DNA of 51,001 bases, counting the filler, from Ginglymostoma cirratum (lineage: Eukaryota): the NCBI GenBank assembly GCA_024137785.1. It is 2 parts of 2 records of this genome, joined end to end, with 100 filler letters (N's around TTAATTAATTAA, not from the genome) between each part and the next. Parts side by side here need not be neighbours in the genome. Positions count along the whole stretch, not along the records: positions 1 to 27,530 come from JAHRHZ010000092.1; positions 27,631 to 51,001 come from JAHRHZ010000085.1. One strand, given 5' to 3'. The position numbers and the translations under genes are program-made. The notes under the pieces are model-generated. The model saw only the letters and a list, made by a program, of their open reading frames with translations. It did no database searches and was not told where the DNA came from. Position 1 is the stretch's first letter, and each line of letters starts with the position of its first letter. Shown here one piece after another: positions 25,683-36,865 of the stretch.

Positions 25683-27795
25683 GAGGTAACAAGCGTGGGG
25701 CTGGATGAACACAGCAGGTCAAGCAGCATCATAGGAGCAGGAAATCTTGACGTTTTGGGCCTAGACCCTTCATCAGAAATGGGGGAGGGGAAGAGGGTTC
25801 TGAAATAAATAGGGAGAGAGGGGGAGGCGGATAGAGGATGGATAGAGGAGAGGATAGGTGGAGAGGAGGCAGACAAGTCGAAGAAGCGGGGATGGAGCTA
25901 GTAAAGGTGAGTGTAGGTGGGGGGGGGGTGGGTAGGGAGGAGATAGGTCAGTCCAGGGAGGACGGACAAGTCAAGGGGGCGGGATGATGTTCGTAGATGG
26001 GAGATGGGCGTGGGGCTTGAGGTGGGAGGAGGGGATAGGTGAGAGGAGAACCAGGTTAGGAAGGTGGAGATGAGCTGGGCTGGTTTTGGGATGCGGTTGG
26101 GGGAGGGGAGATTTTGAAGCTTGTGAAATCCACATTGATACCATTGGGCTGCAGGGTTCCCAGGCTGAATATGATTTGCTGTTCCTGCAGCCTTCGGGTG
26201 GCATCACTGTGGCATTGCAGGAGGCCCAGGATGGACATGTCGTCTGAGGAATGGGAGGGAGAGTTGAAATGATTCGCAACTGGGAGGTGTAGTTGTTTGT
26301 TGCGAACTGAGCGCAGGTATTCTGCAAAGCGGTCCCCAAGCCTCCGCTTGGTTTCCCTGATGTAGAGGAAGCCAGAACGGGCACAGCGGATGCAGTATAT
26401 CACATTGGCAGATGTGCAGGGGAACATCTGCCTGATGTGGAAAGTCTTCTTGGGGCCTGGGATTGGGGTGAGGGAGGAGGTGTGGGGGCAGGTGTAGCAC
26501 TTCCTGCGGTTGCAGGGAAAAGTGCCGGGTGAGGTAGGGCTGGAGGGGAGTGTGGAGCGGACAAGGGAGTCGCGGAAGGAGTGGTCCCTCCGGAAGGCAG
26601 ATAAGGGTGGGGAGGGAAAGATGTCTTTGGTGGTGGGGTCTGATTGCAGATGGCGGAAGTGTCGGAGGATGATGCGTTTGATCCGGAGATTGGTGGGGTG
26701 GTACGTGAGGATGAGGGGCATTCTTTTTTGGTTATTATTGCGGGGACGGGGCATGAGGGATGTGTTACAGGAAATGCGGGACACATGGTCGAGGGCGTTC
26801 TCGACCACTGTGGGGGGGATGTTGCGGTCCTTGAAGAATGAGGACATTTGAGATGTGCAGGAGTGGAATGTCTCATCCTGGGAGCAGATGCGGCGGAGGC
26901 GAAGGAATTGGGAATAGGGGATGGCATTTTTGCAGGAAGGTGGGTGGGAGGAGGTGTATTCCAGGTAGCTGTGAGAGTCAGTGGGCTTGAAATGGACATC
27001 GGTTTCTAGGTGGTTACCCGAGATGGAGACAGAGAGGTCCAGGAAGGGGAGAGAGAGGTGTTAGAGATGGTCCAGGTGAACTTAAGGTTGGGGTGGAAGG
27101 TGTTGGTGAAGTGGATGAACTGTTCAAGCTCCTCGTGGGAGCACGAGGTGGCGCCGATGCAGTCATCAATGTAACGGAGGAAGAGGTGGGGTTTAGGGCC
27201 AGTGTAGGTACGGAAGAGGGATTGTTCCACGTAACCTACAAAGAGGCAGGCATAGCTTGGAACCATGTGGGTACCCATGGCCACCCCCTTTGTCTGTAGG
27301 AAGTGGGAGGAATTGAAAGAGAAGTTGTTGAGGGTGAGGATGAGTTCGGCTAAGCGGATGAGGGTGTCGGTGGAGGGGGATTGGTCAGTTCTGCGGGACA
27401 GGAAGAAGCGGAGGGCCTTTAGGCCATCTGCATGAGGAATACAGGTGTATAGGGACTGGACGTCCATAGTAAAAATGAGGTGTTGGGGACCGGGGAATTG
27501 GAAGTTCTGGAGGAGGTGGAGGGCGTGGGTNNNNNNNNNNNNNNNNNNNNNNNNNNNNNNNNNNNNNNNNNNNNTTAATTAATTAANNNNNNNNNNNNNN
27601 NNNNNNNNNNNNNNNNNNNNNNNNNNNNNNTTAGGAGAGGCTTCGCAGTGGGGTTAAAATTGTTTCAGAGATAGTAGGAACTGCAGATGCTGGTGAATCC
27701 GAGATAACAAGGTGTAGAGCTGGATGAACACAGCAGGCCAAGCAGCATCAGAGGAGCAGGAAGGCTGACGTTTCAGGCCTAGACCCTTCTTCAGT
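25683..27795 (-). mobile_element. Penelope-like retroelement (RT plus GIY-YIG endonuclease), frameshifted, spanning the gap
   Basis: DVQSLYT.IP..GVAMG..FLRYIDD (27006-27467); NVIYCIRC..LYI.ET.R.L..RF.E..NGIN (26056-26847); same terminal repeat at 25683-25776 and 27667-27795. Confidence 0.93.
27531..27630. other. Assembly gap with artificial TTAATTAATTAA spacer
   Basis: 44 N, TTAATTAATTAA (27575-27586), 44 N. Confidence 0.97.
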
Positions 27796-28324
27796 CTCTA
27801 TTCCATTTAACCTGCCCCTTCTCCAAGTCACTGCAGTTTTGCGCTGGAATGCTCTTTAGAAGGTGCACAAAATATTTGCTTTCATCAAATTTGTGGATTA
27901 AGTATTGCAGATCATAACAAGAGACGGATAAATGAAGAATTCAATCATTTCATCCTGCCACTTTTTATTGAAACCTTGGCTATCCGATAAATGATACTTC
28001 ATGCAGTAAAATATATTTTGTCCGATCTACTTCATCAAAAGGTGAGCATTCTGGTACAATTGCCTCTTATCTGAACTTCTGTGTAAATGTTACTGACCCG
28101 AGGATTTCTTTCAGTTGATCAGTCTTCGATTACTGACTGAACTGCATTTTTTTAAAAAAATCTATCCCTTCCGTCTTCTCTGCTCTAACGAAACAGCAAG
28201 ATTTCTGTGCTATTTACTGTTGTTTGGGGAAAAATCATCTCCCTAATGTCATTCAAGTGAATTTCCATTGCATATTTTTCACTGCAGCGTGAATTTCCGT
28301 TAGAAACAATAGAAATACTGGCCG

Positions 28325-28625
28325 CAACTATGGGCACAGTTAGAAGGCGGAATCTGGAATCCCGAGCTCCGCAAGGAGTGTCATTTCAACGGCAGGCGGA
28401 GGAGGGAGCGGCGGTCAAATGGAACACATGAGGTGAAGCTCCGTCAGTCGCACAAGGATAGACCAACTCACACCAGAAAGCGAAATGAAACAAGAACCCT
28501 GTACGTGTCCATTCTGGTTTATTCAGCAGGCTAAGGCAGCGGTTCATATGGATTGTTGCCTGAAGTCACTTCTGGAAGTAGGATGAACAGCACTTTCCTT
28601 GTTTATCTGATGGCGTCCACATCCC
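28325..28625 (-). pseudogene. Degenerate V relic
   Basis: Ends VEMTLLAELGIPDSAF*LC (DSAxYxC-like) about 290 nt after a CAG acceptor; many stops, no RSS. Confidence 0.4.
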
Positions 28626-28862
28626 CTGATATACTTTTTACATTAAATGTACAGTATCGTATAACTTTTGAATTTAATATGAACTGTGAGTTCCGAAACA
28701 GCTTTCTTTTTCTTTATGCCGCTTTTCTCCTGATCTCTTAACGTACTTTTAACAGCCTGTTTCTATTGCGTTCTGGACTTGATTTAGGGTTAAATTCAAA
28801 CTTCGAATTTTAGTTAATAATCTTTCTTCTTGATACGGATTTATTGAAGTTTAAACAATTCT

Positions 28863-29000
28863 CGCTGTGTTTCCACAGATTGGCAGTGTCCTCCCGGGCG
28901 CGGCGCACCTTGGGCTCTCTTCACCGTCAGGTTCAGAGTAATATTTCAGGGATATTCGTTCCGCGAAGTGCAAACGTATCTGCAAATTTTATCTGAGGCA
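28863..29000 (-). pseudogene. Possible 3' V relic
   Basis: Frameshifted FADTFALR / ITLNLTVKRAQ / EDTA pieces followed by CACAGCG; CRE and E-box motifs upstream at 29549-29585. Confidence 0.3.
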
Positions 29001-30974
29001 ATATTCTTCCTCCATTATTTTTCCTCTTAAAAAGCATGAACCAAAACTATTCTGAAGACAGTGGTACCTTCGATAAGTTCCATGATCCGATATGCCATTT
29101 GTAATGTATGAAAAAATATTGGATAGAAAACATTGGACTTAATGGGCCTTGCTACAGACATTCCTCCAGTCAAATAAAAACTTCCAACGTTATCTGCGTG
29201 TTCTTTCCCAAAACAGTGACTGTTTGAAATTGTATCTTACCACCTCCCGATTAACTTCTTGAGATTCAATTTGTTTTTGTTTAAATCCAGTTTCATATCA
29301 TCAAATGGGAAATGTCAGTTTGCATTGTGTTAAATTTAATTACGTGTTAAATTTCTTTAATTCGGTTCTACAAATATCAGCTCTACCTGAGCTAAACCTA
29401 CACTGATTTCCTTCTGGGGCGTTATCCCAGTTCTCTCTGAGCCTCTGAAATCCAAATCAGCATTCATCTTGCTCCCTTCTGTCATTTCGTGTTTCGTCTG
29501 CAAATACCAACATTTGGGGCTGAAGTCGAACTTCTGAAATACAACTTGTGTGATGTCATTGTCCAACAAAGGAGGTGGTCACGTGCCTGTGAAATGTGAC
29601 ATTTCCGGCTTAAGTAATTATTCATTGTTCACTCGGTCGATTTGCCAAAACCTGCCTGTTCTTGCATGAAAGAATGGAAATTAAATATCGCAGTACCTGT
29701 GTCAATATTTAACATAATTCAGCTTTTATTCTGTAAATAGAGCTGATTTAATTATTGTTTTCTGAATTGCAATTGCAGAAACTGTTGGTGGGATGACAAG
29801 ATTTGACTTCATTCTGAAGATGCTATGTTAATTTCCTGTATGGCACTTTCCAATTCGACACATATTGCCTTAAACTTCATGTTTCCGCACGAGCATCCGA
29901 TTCTGCAACATCCTTTCCAATTTATCCATTTGAAATTTTATCATCAATGCTGTGCCATTAAGATTTCTTTTAGTCTCAGTTTAAGAATTTCATTCTTCAT
30001 TATTTGGGGAATGGAACGGTGTTGCTGTGTATTTTTTGCCTTTCCTGTGATTATATCTACTCTTTTTCCTTTCACATCCGAGATGAAAGTTTCTTTTTTC
30101 AATGCAAGTTGGCCATCTAATTATATTTCCGTGTTTATCAATATATTTTACTTAAATTCCCATCACTGAAGCATGTCATTCAGTCCAACAGATCATATCA
30201 ATGATTGTATTCTGAATCAATCTCTTTAATATATTTTCGCCCGTCTCATTAAATTCCTTCGCCTTTTAATCTGAAATGATTGTTGTGTTCCTCTCGAACT
30301 ATTAACTGTGTTCAAAATAATCTTGCTAATATTTTAAGCTTTTGGCACAACCTTGTGCAGGCAGATGGGATTCATTTTTCACGGCATCATGGTCGGTACC
30401 GACTTGGTGGTCAGAAGGGCCTGTTCCAATATTGTGCTTTTCTACGTTCTTTGTTTTCATTTGAGTGAGTTCCCTCAGTTGAAGGTGGAATGCCATCAAA
30501 TTGAAGATACCATGTGGGACAGGGTACTTAACCAGCATTGTCTCCGGTTTTGACACTTTCCCAGCAGTTCATTGCCACGGAAGTAGTCCTCCAAATTAGA
30601 TACAATAAATAGAATCTGATTCTTACCGTTTCGCCTGAGTTTGTATGTCACAATGAGGAATAATGTCAATCCACCTCCCAAACACCGTAAAATCGTTGGA
30701 TAAGGGATGTCATTGTAGCCTGCGCGATTATCTGTGAGGATAGATGTAATTTCAACATGTTTGCAGCGTTACAGAATAATAATAAATCCCAATTTATTTC
30801 AGCTATTGCACTTTTTAGATTTAATTCAGGGAGAATAATTCTGATGAGGTTTGAGCATTATACATTCAAGAAACATGATACATTTCATCTGACGATTCTG
30901 GTTTGCAGACAACATTATGCAGTCATTGCACACCGAGGGATTATTAGAGCTGGAGAAGAAAATAACCACTTGAG

Positions 30975-31310
30975 AAAGAGTCATCAATAATCGCGCCATT
31001 GCCAAAAACCCCACGCACTGATGGTGGGCACAATATCTCCGAGTTGCACTTTGCTCCAGCGTCATAATAACCTTGGTCCAAAATTGGCTGTTCGAGTTGA
31101 ATTGCAGATGCGAGGGTAAACTGTCTGTGCTCGGAATTGGGGGTGTATTACACGGAGTCTGGACTTGAGAAGATCCACCAAAATTAACGTTAATGTTTGA
31201 AAGGGAGGATATACCGTCCACTGATTATTTTTGTCGGAGGTGAATCTATTCAACTGTAGGACATAACTGCTGTCAGCTTTCAACTCACTGTTTTCAAAAT
31301 AAGCATCTTA
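30975..31310 (-). pseudogene. Degenerate V relic, possibly with a fused J-like end
   Basis: QW..YPPFQTLTLI, then DSLPSHLQF..IMTLEQSATRRYCA, then FGNG one base out of frame (30995-31006). Confidence 0.4.
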
Positions 31311-33420
31311 AACTGTTGCATCAATGACCTTACTTCCATCATTGTGTCAGAAATCGTGCAGTTAGATGGGAATTGATAAAATGCACTACCACCAGTGACT
31401 TCTCAAATGTTGAATCCTTTAATGGCTGAATGCAGAAATATTTGGAAAGCATTCAGGTCTCTGGTCAAACGTGGCATGTATCATTCATCTCGCTGAAAAG
31501 CCGGGCAATGGGTTGGCCAATTTAAAAAAAAATCCCCCCACACCCTATTAATTTCAACAGCTTTGTTCGAAGATGAACAACCAGCCTTAATATCCCGGGT
31601 TAGTACTGACTAGGAATCGAATAAGTGCCATAAAGTGCCCCGTTAAGAAACTGGGCAATATTTTGGGGACACCACAGCAAGAAACTCAATTCCGGACTCC
31701 CCAGGTTCTGTCCTCTAACTGTAATGAACAGTTAACAAGTAACAGGAACACTCTGCATTTGTCTGGTTGAGAACCAACAACAAATGAGTATCCGTAATTC
31801 ACCCAGGACCTTTGGGCAGCATCCCATCGATCAGCCTGAGTATTAACACCCATTACATTCAGCAACATGTGTTTAGCAGAATTAGGCTATTTAATCCTTG
31901 AAACTTACTCTGTCATTCAATAATCCCTCGGCTGATCTGCTTTTGGTCCCAGCCCAGTATTCCGATCAGCCCTCCTTCACCCTGACTGCAGTGTCGATCA
32001 GAAAACTATCGAACTGCGCCTGAGATCAATTAAATGAGAAAACATCAACAATATTCTGGGAATTTAATTCCACACGCTAACTACCAAATACAAAGTTCTC
32101 CTCATATCCGTCTTAAATTTAAAACCTCAAGTTCTCAAACAGCATACAGTGGGTTTTATCTCTGCTGAAAGTGAAGACGTCTTTCCAAAATCGGTCAAGT
32201 CTAACCAGGACTTTGCATGTTTCAATCTGATCAGTTCATATTCTTCCAAACTCGAATGGGTAAATCTTTAACCTTTCCTCGCACAATAACCGCTTTAATC
32301 AGGAATTGGTTGATTGCGCATCATCTGAACTGATTACATACTTTTTCCCACTAATGTGACGACAATTCGAGACACAGTCTCACAGAGGCGCTGTCCAAGA
32401 AAAAAATCACTCGCCCTGCAGACCACTCTGCCCATCACAACCCCGCAGATGAGCACACAGAGAACCATTTAGTTTTCTCCTCCATTCACTTTTCAATTAA
32501 TGCCGAAATTCTTTTTTGCCTCCCTAATGATTTCCATCGCCGTAGAAGGCACGTTAGACGGTAGTGAGCACATTCTACATGAGGCACTGCGGCTACTCGC
32601 TTTATCTGGTTCAACAGCACCTTTCAAATACGCACTTCACACACCGAGAAGGTCAAGGGAAGCATGTGCACTGGAAAGACCATTACGTACAAGTGTGCCT
32701 CCAACTCAAACATAATTTCCCATAGTATCCTTGATATCGTCTCATTTAATAGATCTCAGGTGCAGTTTGATAGATTTCTGATAGACATCGCGGTTTAATC
32801 GTCATTGTGGAGCTAGTATACCAGAACCTCGTTTATCCGTACAGAATCCCGGGTATGGGGTAAACATCCTGCAATGGCCGAGCTTGAGCCAAACTTCTCA
32901 TTGGCAAAGGAAATTAAATATGGAGAAATTCGGGTTTTACGAGCAACGTGGCCATTCCAGGAAATGATGAATGGAAACTGAAAAGGAAAATACTGAACTG
33001 GAAATAACTTTTCTAAATGGGGAATTCACCCTGATAATACTGACGGTTCACTAAACAGGAAAGCTGCATGTCACGAAGCCCGACATCTGAAACATGAATA
33101 AGTCCTTCTTTGGATCAAATTGATATCTGTACAAATAGTTTTCATTTCAAACGCGATCATGCCTGAGTATTCACATTTCTTTGTCTGAATTGGATTCAGA
33201 CACTTTCTTGTCACACGCATTTTTTTAAGTCGACTTTTAGTGTCCGTCACTAATTTGTTTAAAATGAGTTGGTCCAATTGCCATATCTCAGGGCGAGCTT
33301 TAGGATAATGAGTTTTGGAAATGGAGGAAACGCCCCGTGAAAAGGGTATTATCAAAGTTGTAGCTCCCCCACCCCACCCCCACCAGCACCACATACAGCG
33401 TTTGTTTTTGCTCGAATTAA

Positions 33421-33650
33421 AACTTGTTCACAATAATAGAGCCCTGGGCATTCTGCGGGCCACCCGTCGATTGTGGAATTACCGGAGAGAAGACACGTTT
33501 CATTGCACAAAGTTATGGAACTTTCATACGAATAAACCAGCTCTGCACCCTTATCAGTGAGGACGAGAAACTTTCCGAATACAATTTTTAGAAAATGATT
33601 TCTTAATCCGCCCTGAAACTGAAAACCTTCACTGATTTTCAACACAGACG
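33421..33650 (-). pseudogene. Degenerate V relic
   Basis: TIDGWPAECPGLYYC; KRVFSPVI in an adjacent frame; no RSS. Confidence 0.4.
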
Positions 33651-33879
33651 AAGAATGATTAAGGATTTAATGGTAACTAACATTAATTGCAACTGCCTTT
33701 CTCCAGAGACAGCCCTTGAGAACGTACCGGAATGAGACGGACAAAATTAAAGCTCAAAATGATGGACTCGTATCAGATTAAACTGTGAGTTCGTCGATGC
33801 AGCAAATTATTCTCAGTGGATGTAACAATGGCTCACTCGGGTCAGTGAAAGCTTTGAATGTTATGGAATGGTACAGGTC

Positions 33880-34610
33880 TGGATCACAGAAAAAAAAAGC
33901 CGCTGAGCCGTCTCTCCAGCGTTATCACCTCGCTCCTATAATGTAGATTCCAGAACTGTCCACAATACTCCGTCTGTGTCCACAGTAACGATACAGACAG
34001 TTCCAGCATAGCCTCCCTTCTCTGAAATTCCATGTCTCGACTAATGAAGGCCAGGATCCGAAATGTTTTCCTCACCACGTTTTCCCCCTGTCCTGATACC
34101 TGAAGGAACCAATGAACGTGCACAACAAGGTTCCCCGATCCCAGATTTCTGTTGCTCGCCATATATTCGCTTGCCTTGTTTATCTTGTCCAAGTGCATCA
34201 CTTCACTTTCTGCACATGGATTTCCATTTCCCATTGATCAGCCCATCTTACCAGCCCCTCTATATCCTCTTTTCGTTTCCTTTTATTCTTAAGCTATCAA
34301 ATCGGCGCTGTATTAGGGTAACAAATGAAAGCTTTTCATTGTATTGTGGTATTTCACTTAAAAGATACATACTTAAAATATAAATCATTCATTCATTCAT
34401 TCATTCTTGCAACCTGCGGTGACCTCCTCACTATTTACCAACGCACCCATTTTCATGTCATCTGCGAAGTTATCAACCCTCCTACATTCAAGTCTCATTC
34501 ATTTCTATAAACTGTAAACAACAAGAGTCCCAACTCTGACCACTGTGAAACCCCTCTGAACATGAAGGTCCAGTCGGGAAAATACCCCTCAACCATCACA
34601 GTCTCTTGTT
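33880..34610 (-). mobile_element. Old CR1-type LINE fragments
   Basis: ILAFISRDMEF..MLEL..L..EYCGQFW..Y in ORF 33884-34234. Confidence 0.8.
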
Positions 34611-34989
34611 GCATCGCGGGAAATGGAGAGTGTCTTAAAATGACAATCATTTTCTAAGCAGATCACAGCGCAACAAAATTAATATCAATGACTGAACTTA
34701 CCCAATTTAATGAAAGGGTCGGTTCCATTGGCTGGTGTCTGAAGTGAGATGTGAGAGACTTGACAGGTGTAAACTGTGCCGCTCTGAGCGGCTCCTGTCT
34801 CAGTCTGGTTACTGGAAGCCTCAGACAGCCCGATTGCATTCTGCAGTTTGAAATGTTTCGACCCGGTAGCAACTTCAATTTATTTTTGTATCAAGTGATG
34901 TTCAGATTGCCCCCCAATTGGAAACTCATTCTATCGTCACAGTCAATATTGTTTTACGAAGGGAAATGACCTTTTACCTAAAGATAGAT

Positions 34990-35310
34990 ATCTGTAATGC
35001 AATTGTAGTATTGATTCGGCGTACCGGAAGACCAGTACACTTGAATTTAATACACTGGTATGAATGGGGCATGTTTTTAAATGCCCAGGAAGCAGAGAAT
35101 CGAGATGAGCAGAGTATTTACAGATGGCAAATTGGATCCAGTGACTCAGTGCAAAGATCAGTGCAGCATGCTCAGATAATTGAAGGTTTACAAATGAAAA
35201 TACAGAAGACAAAGTGACCAACTCACAGACCTTGCAGGGACGAAGTCCCATCTTGGAACTCAGAATGCCGTCCATCACTGTGTGGTATTATCACTGTGCT
35301 AAATTGGATA
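34990..35310 (+). pseudogene. Possible inverted V relic
   Basis: Starts VLIRRTGRPVHLN and ends ILELRMPSITVWYYHCAK about 300 nt later; no RSS. Confidence 0.3.
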
Positions 35311-36319
35311 GGCTTTGATTAGATCTAGAAACTTAAGACTGGACATCCATGAGGTGCTGTCGGTCACCACCAGCAGCAAAATGAAACTCCAACACAATCC
35401 GCAACCTTACAACCCACAAAAACCCACTCTGCCATTACTCCGTACTCGTACCAGTGTCCCATGAATTCGAACCCATTTCTCCTCTACAAATCTTTGAGGC
35501 ATATTTTTATCTCGGAAACCTCGTTAACACCCTGTCATTTTGCTCGTGGCTCAGGTGGTAATCTGGAGAATATTACATTTTGTGGACTGCTTTTCAGTTT
35601 AGCCCCTAGTTCCTCACATTCCTTCAGCAGAACCTCTTTCCTCTTTCGACCTACATCATTGATACCTATGTGGACCCCAACAACTGGGTATTTTCCTTCC
35701 CATCTTGGAAGGGCTGCCCATGTCAGAAAGTCACAAAATGGCTAACAGGGTAAAACAAAATGAAACAGCATGTTCCAATATTAACACACATAAAGGTACC
35801 CATGAACAGGGGTACTCCAAGATAAACAGGAGGCTCTACAAGCAACCATCCAAGACAGTCTGATAAGAGGATGCCGAAGGACAGACAAGTGATTGATTCC
35901 AGCCTAATTAGTGAAAGGATGTTGCCCCATTAAGTGAACAGTACCAGTTAGAACGGGGAGTGTAAATCTCAGCCCATGAACAGCCACCCTAGCTCATTCA
36001 GCAGCTGTGAAAACAACAGCTAAAGTTATTTGGTAGTATTTGGTTGTTTCTTTGAAGTTATTCACAATATTAAGAAATAGATTCTTGATCACAGAATCAT
36101 TGAATCCCTACAGTGAGGAAACAGGCCCTTTGGTCCAAAAAGACCGCACGGACCCTCAGAGCGGGATAAAGAGGAAGGACATATGACTGCACTGTGTGTG
36201 ATTATTGTAACACAAAATGTATAAAAATGCTGTAATTCACTGTAAAAATCACAGTGTGTCATCGATTTCTCTTCTGATCTGAGCTGTTGATTAAGAGAAC
36301 AACTGTGCTCTTAAGTCAA

Positions 36320-36865
36320 AGAACATAGAACATAGAACAATACAGCGCAGAACAGGCCCTTCGGCCCTCAATGTTGCGCCGACCTGTGAACTAATCTAAG
36401 CCCATCCCCCTACACTATCCCATCATCATCCATATGCTTATCCAAGGACTGTTTAAATGCCCCTAATGTGGCTGAGTTAACTACATTGGCAGGCAGGGCA
36501 TTCCACGCCCTTACCACTCTCTGAGTAAAGAACCTGCCTCTGACATCTGTCTTAAATCTATCACCCCTCAATTTGCAGCTATGCCCCCTCGTACTAGCCG
36601 ACGTCATCATCCTGGGAAAAAGACTCTCACTGTCCACCCTATCTAATCCCCTGATCATTTTGTAGGTCTCTATTAAATCCCCTCTTAGCCTTCTTCTCTC
36701 CAATGAGAACAGACCCAAGTCCCTCAGCCTTTCCTCATAAGACCTTCGCTCCAGACCAGGCAACATCCTGGTAAATCTCCTCTGCACCTTTTCCAATGCT
36801 TCCACATCCTTCCTGTAATGGGGCGACCAGAACTGGACGTAATATTCCAAGTGAGGCCGCACTAG
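36320..36865 (-). mobile_element. Young CR1-type LINE 3' fragment
   Basis: Open ORF 36410-36862, (ATAGAAC)n tail, AGTCAA on both flanks. Confidence 0.93.

Noticed and set aside
26204-27299. Long Pro/Ser-rich overlapping ORFs
   Set aside because: Alternative frames of the GC-rich Penelope element
27575-27586. TTAATTAATTAA palindrome inside the N run
   Set aside because: Artificial six-frame-stop scaffolding spacer
35276-35298. Two CACTGTG heptamers resembling a D segment
   Set aside because: Same orientation and no nonamers at 12 or 23 nt; lone heptamers at 16380 and 36250 likewise lack nonamers
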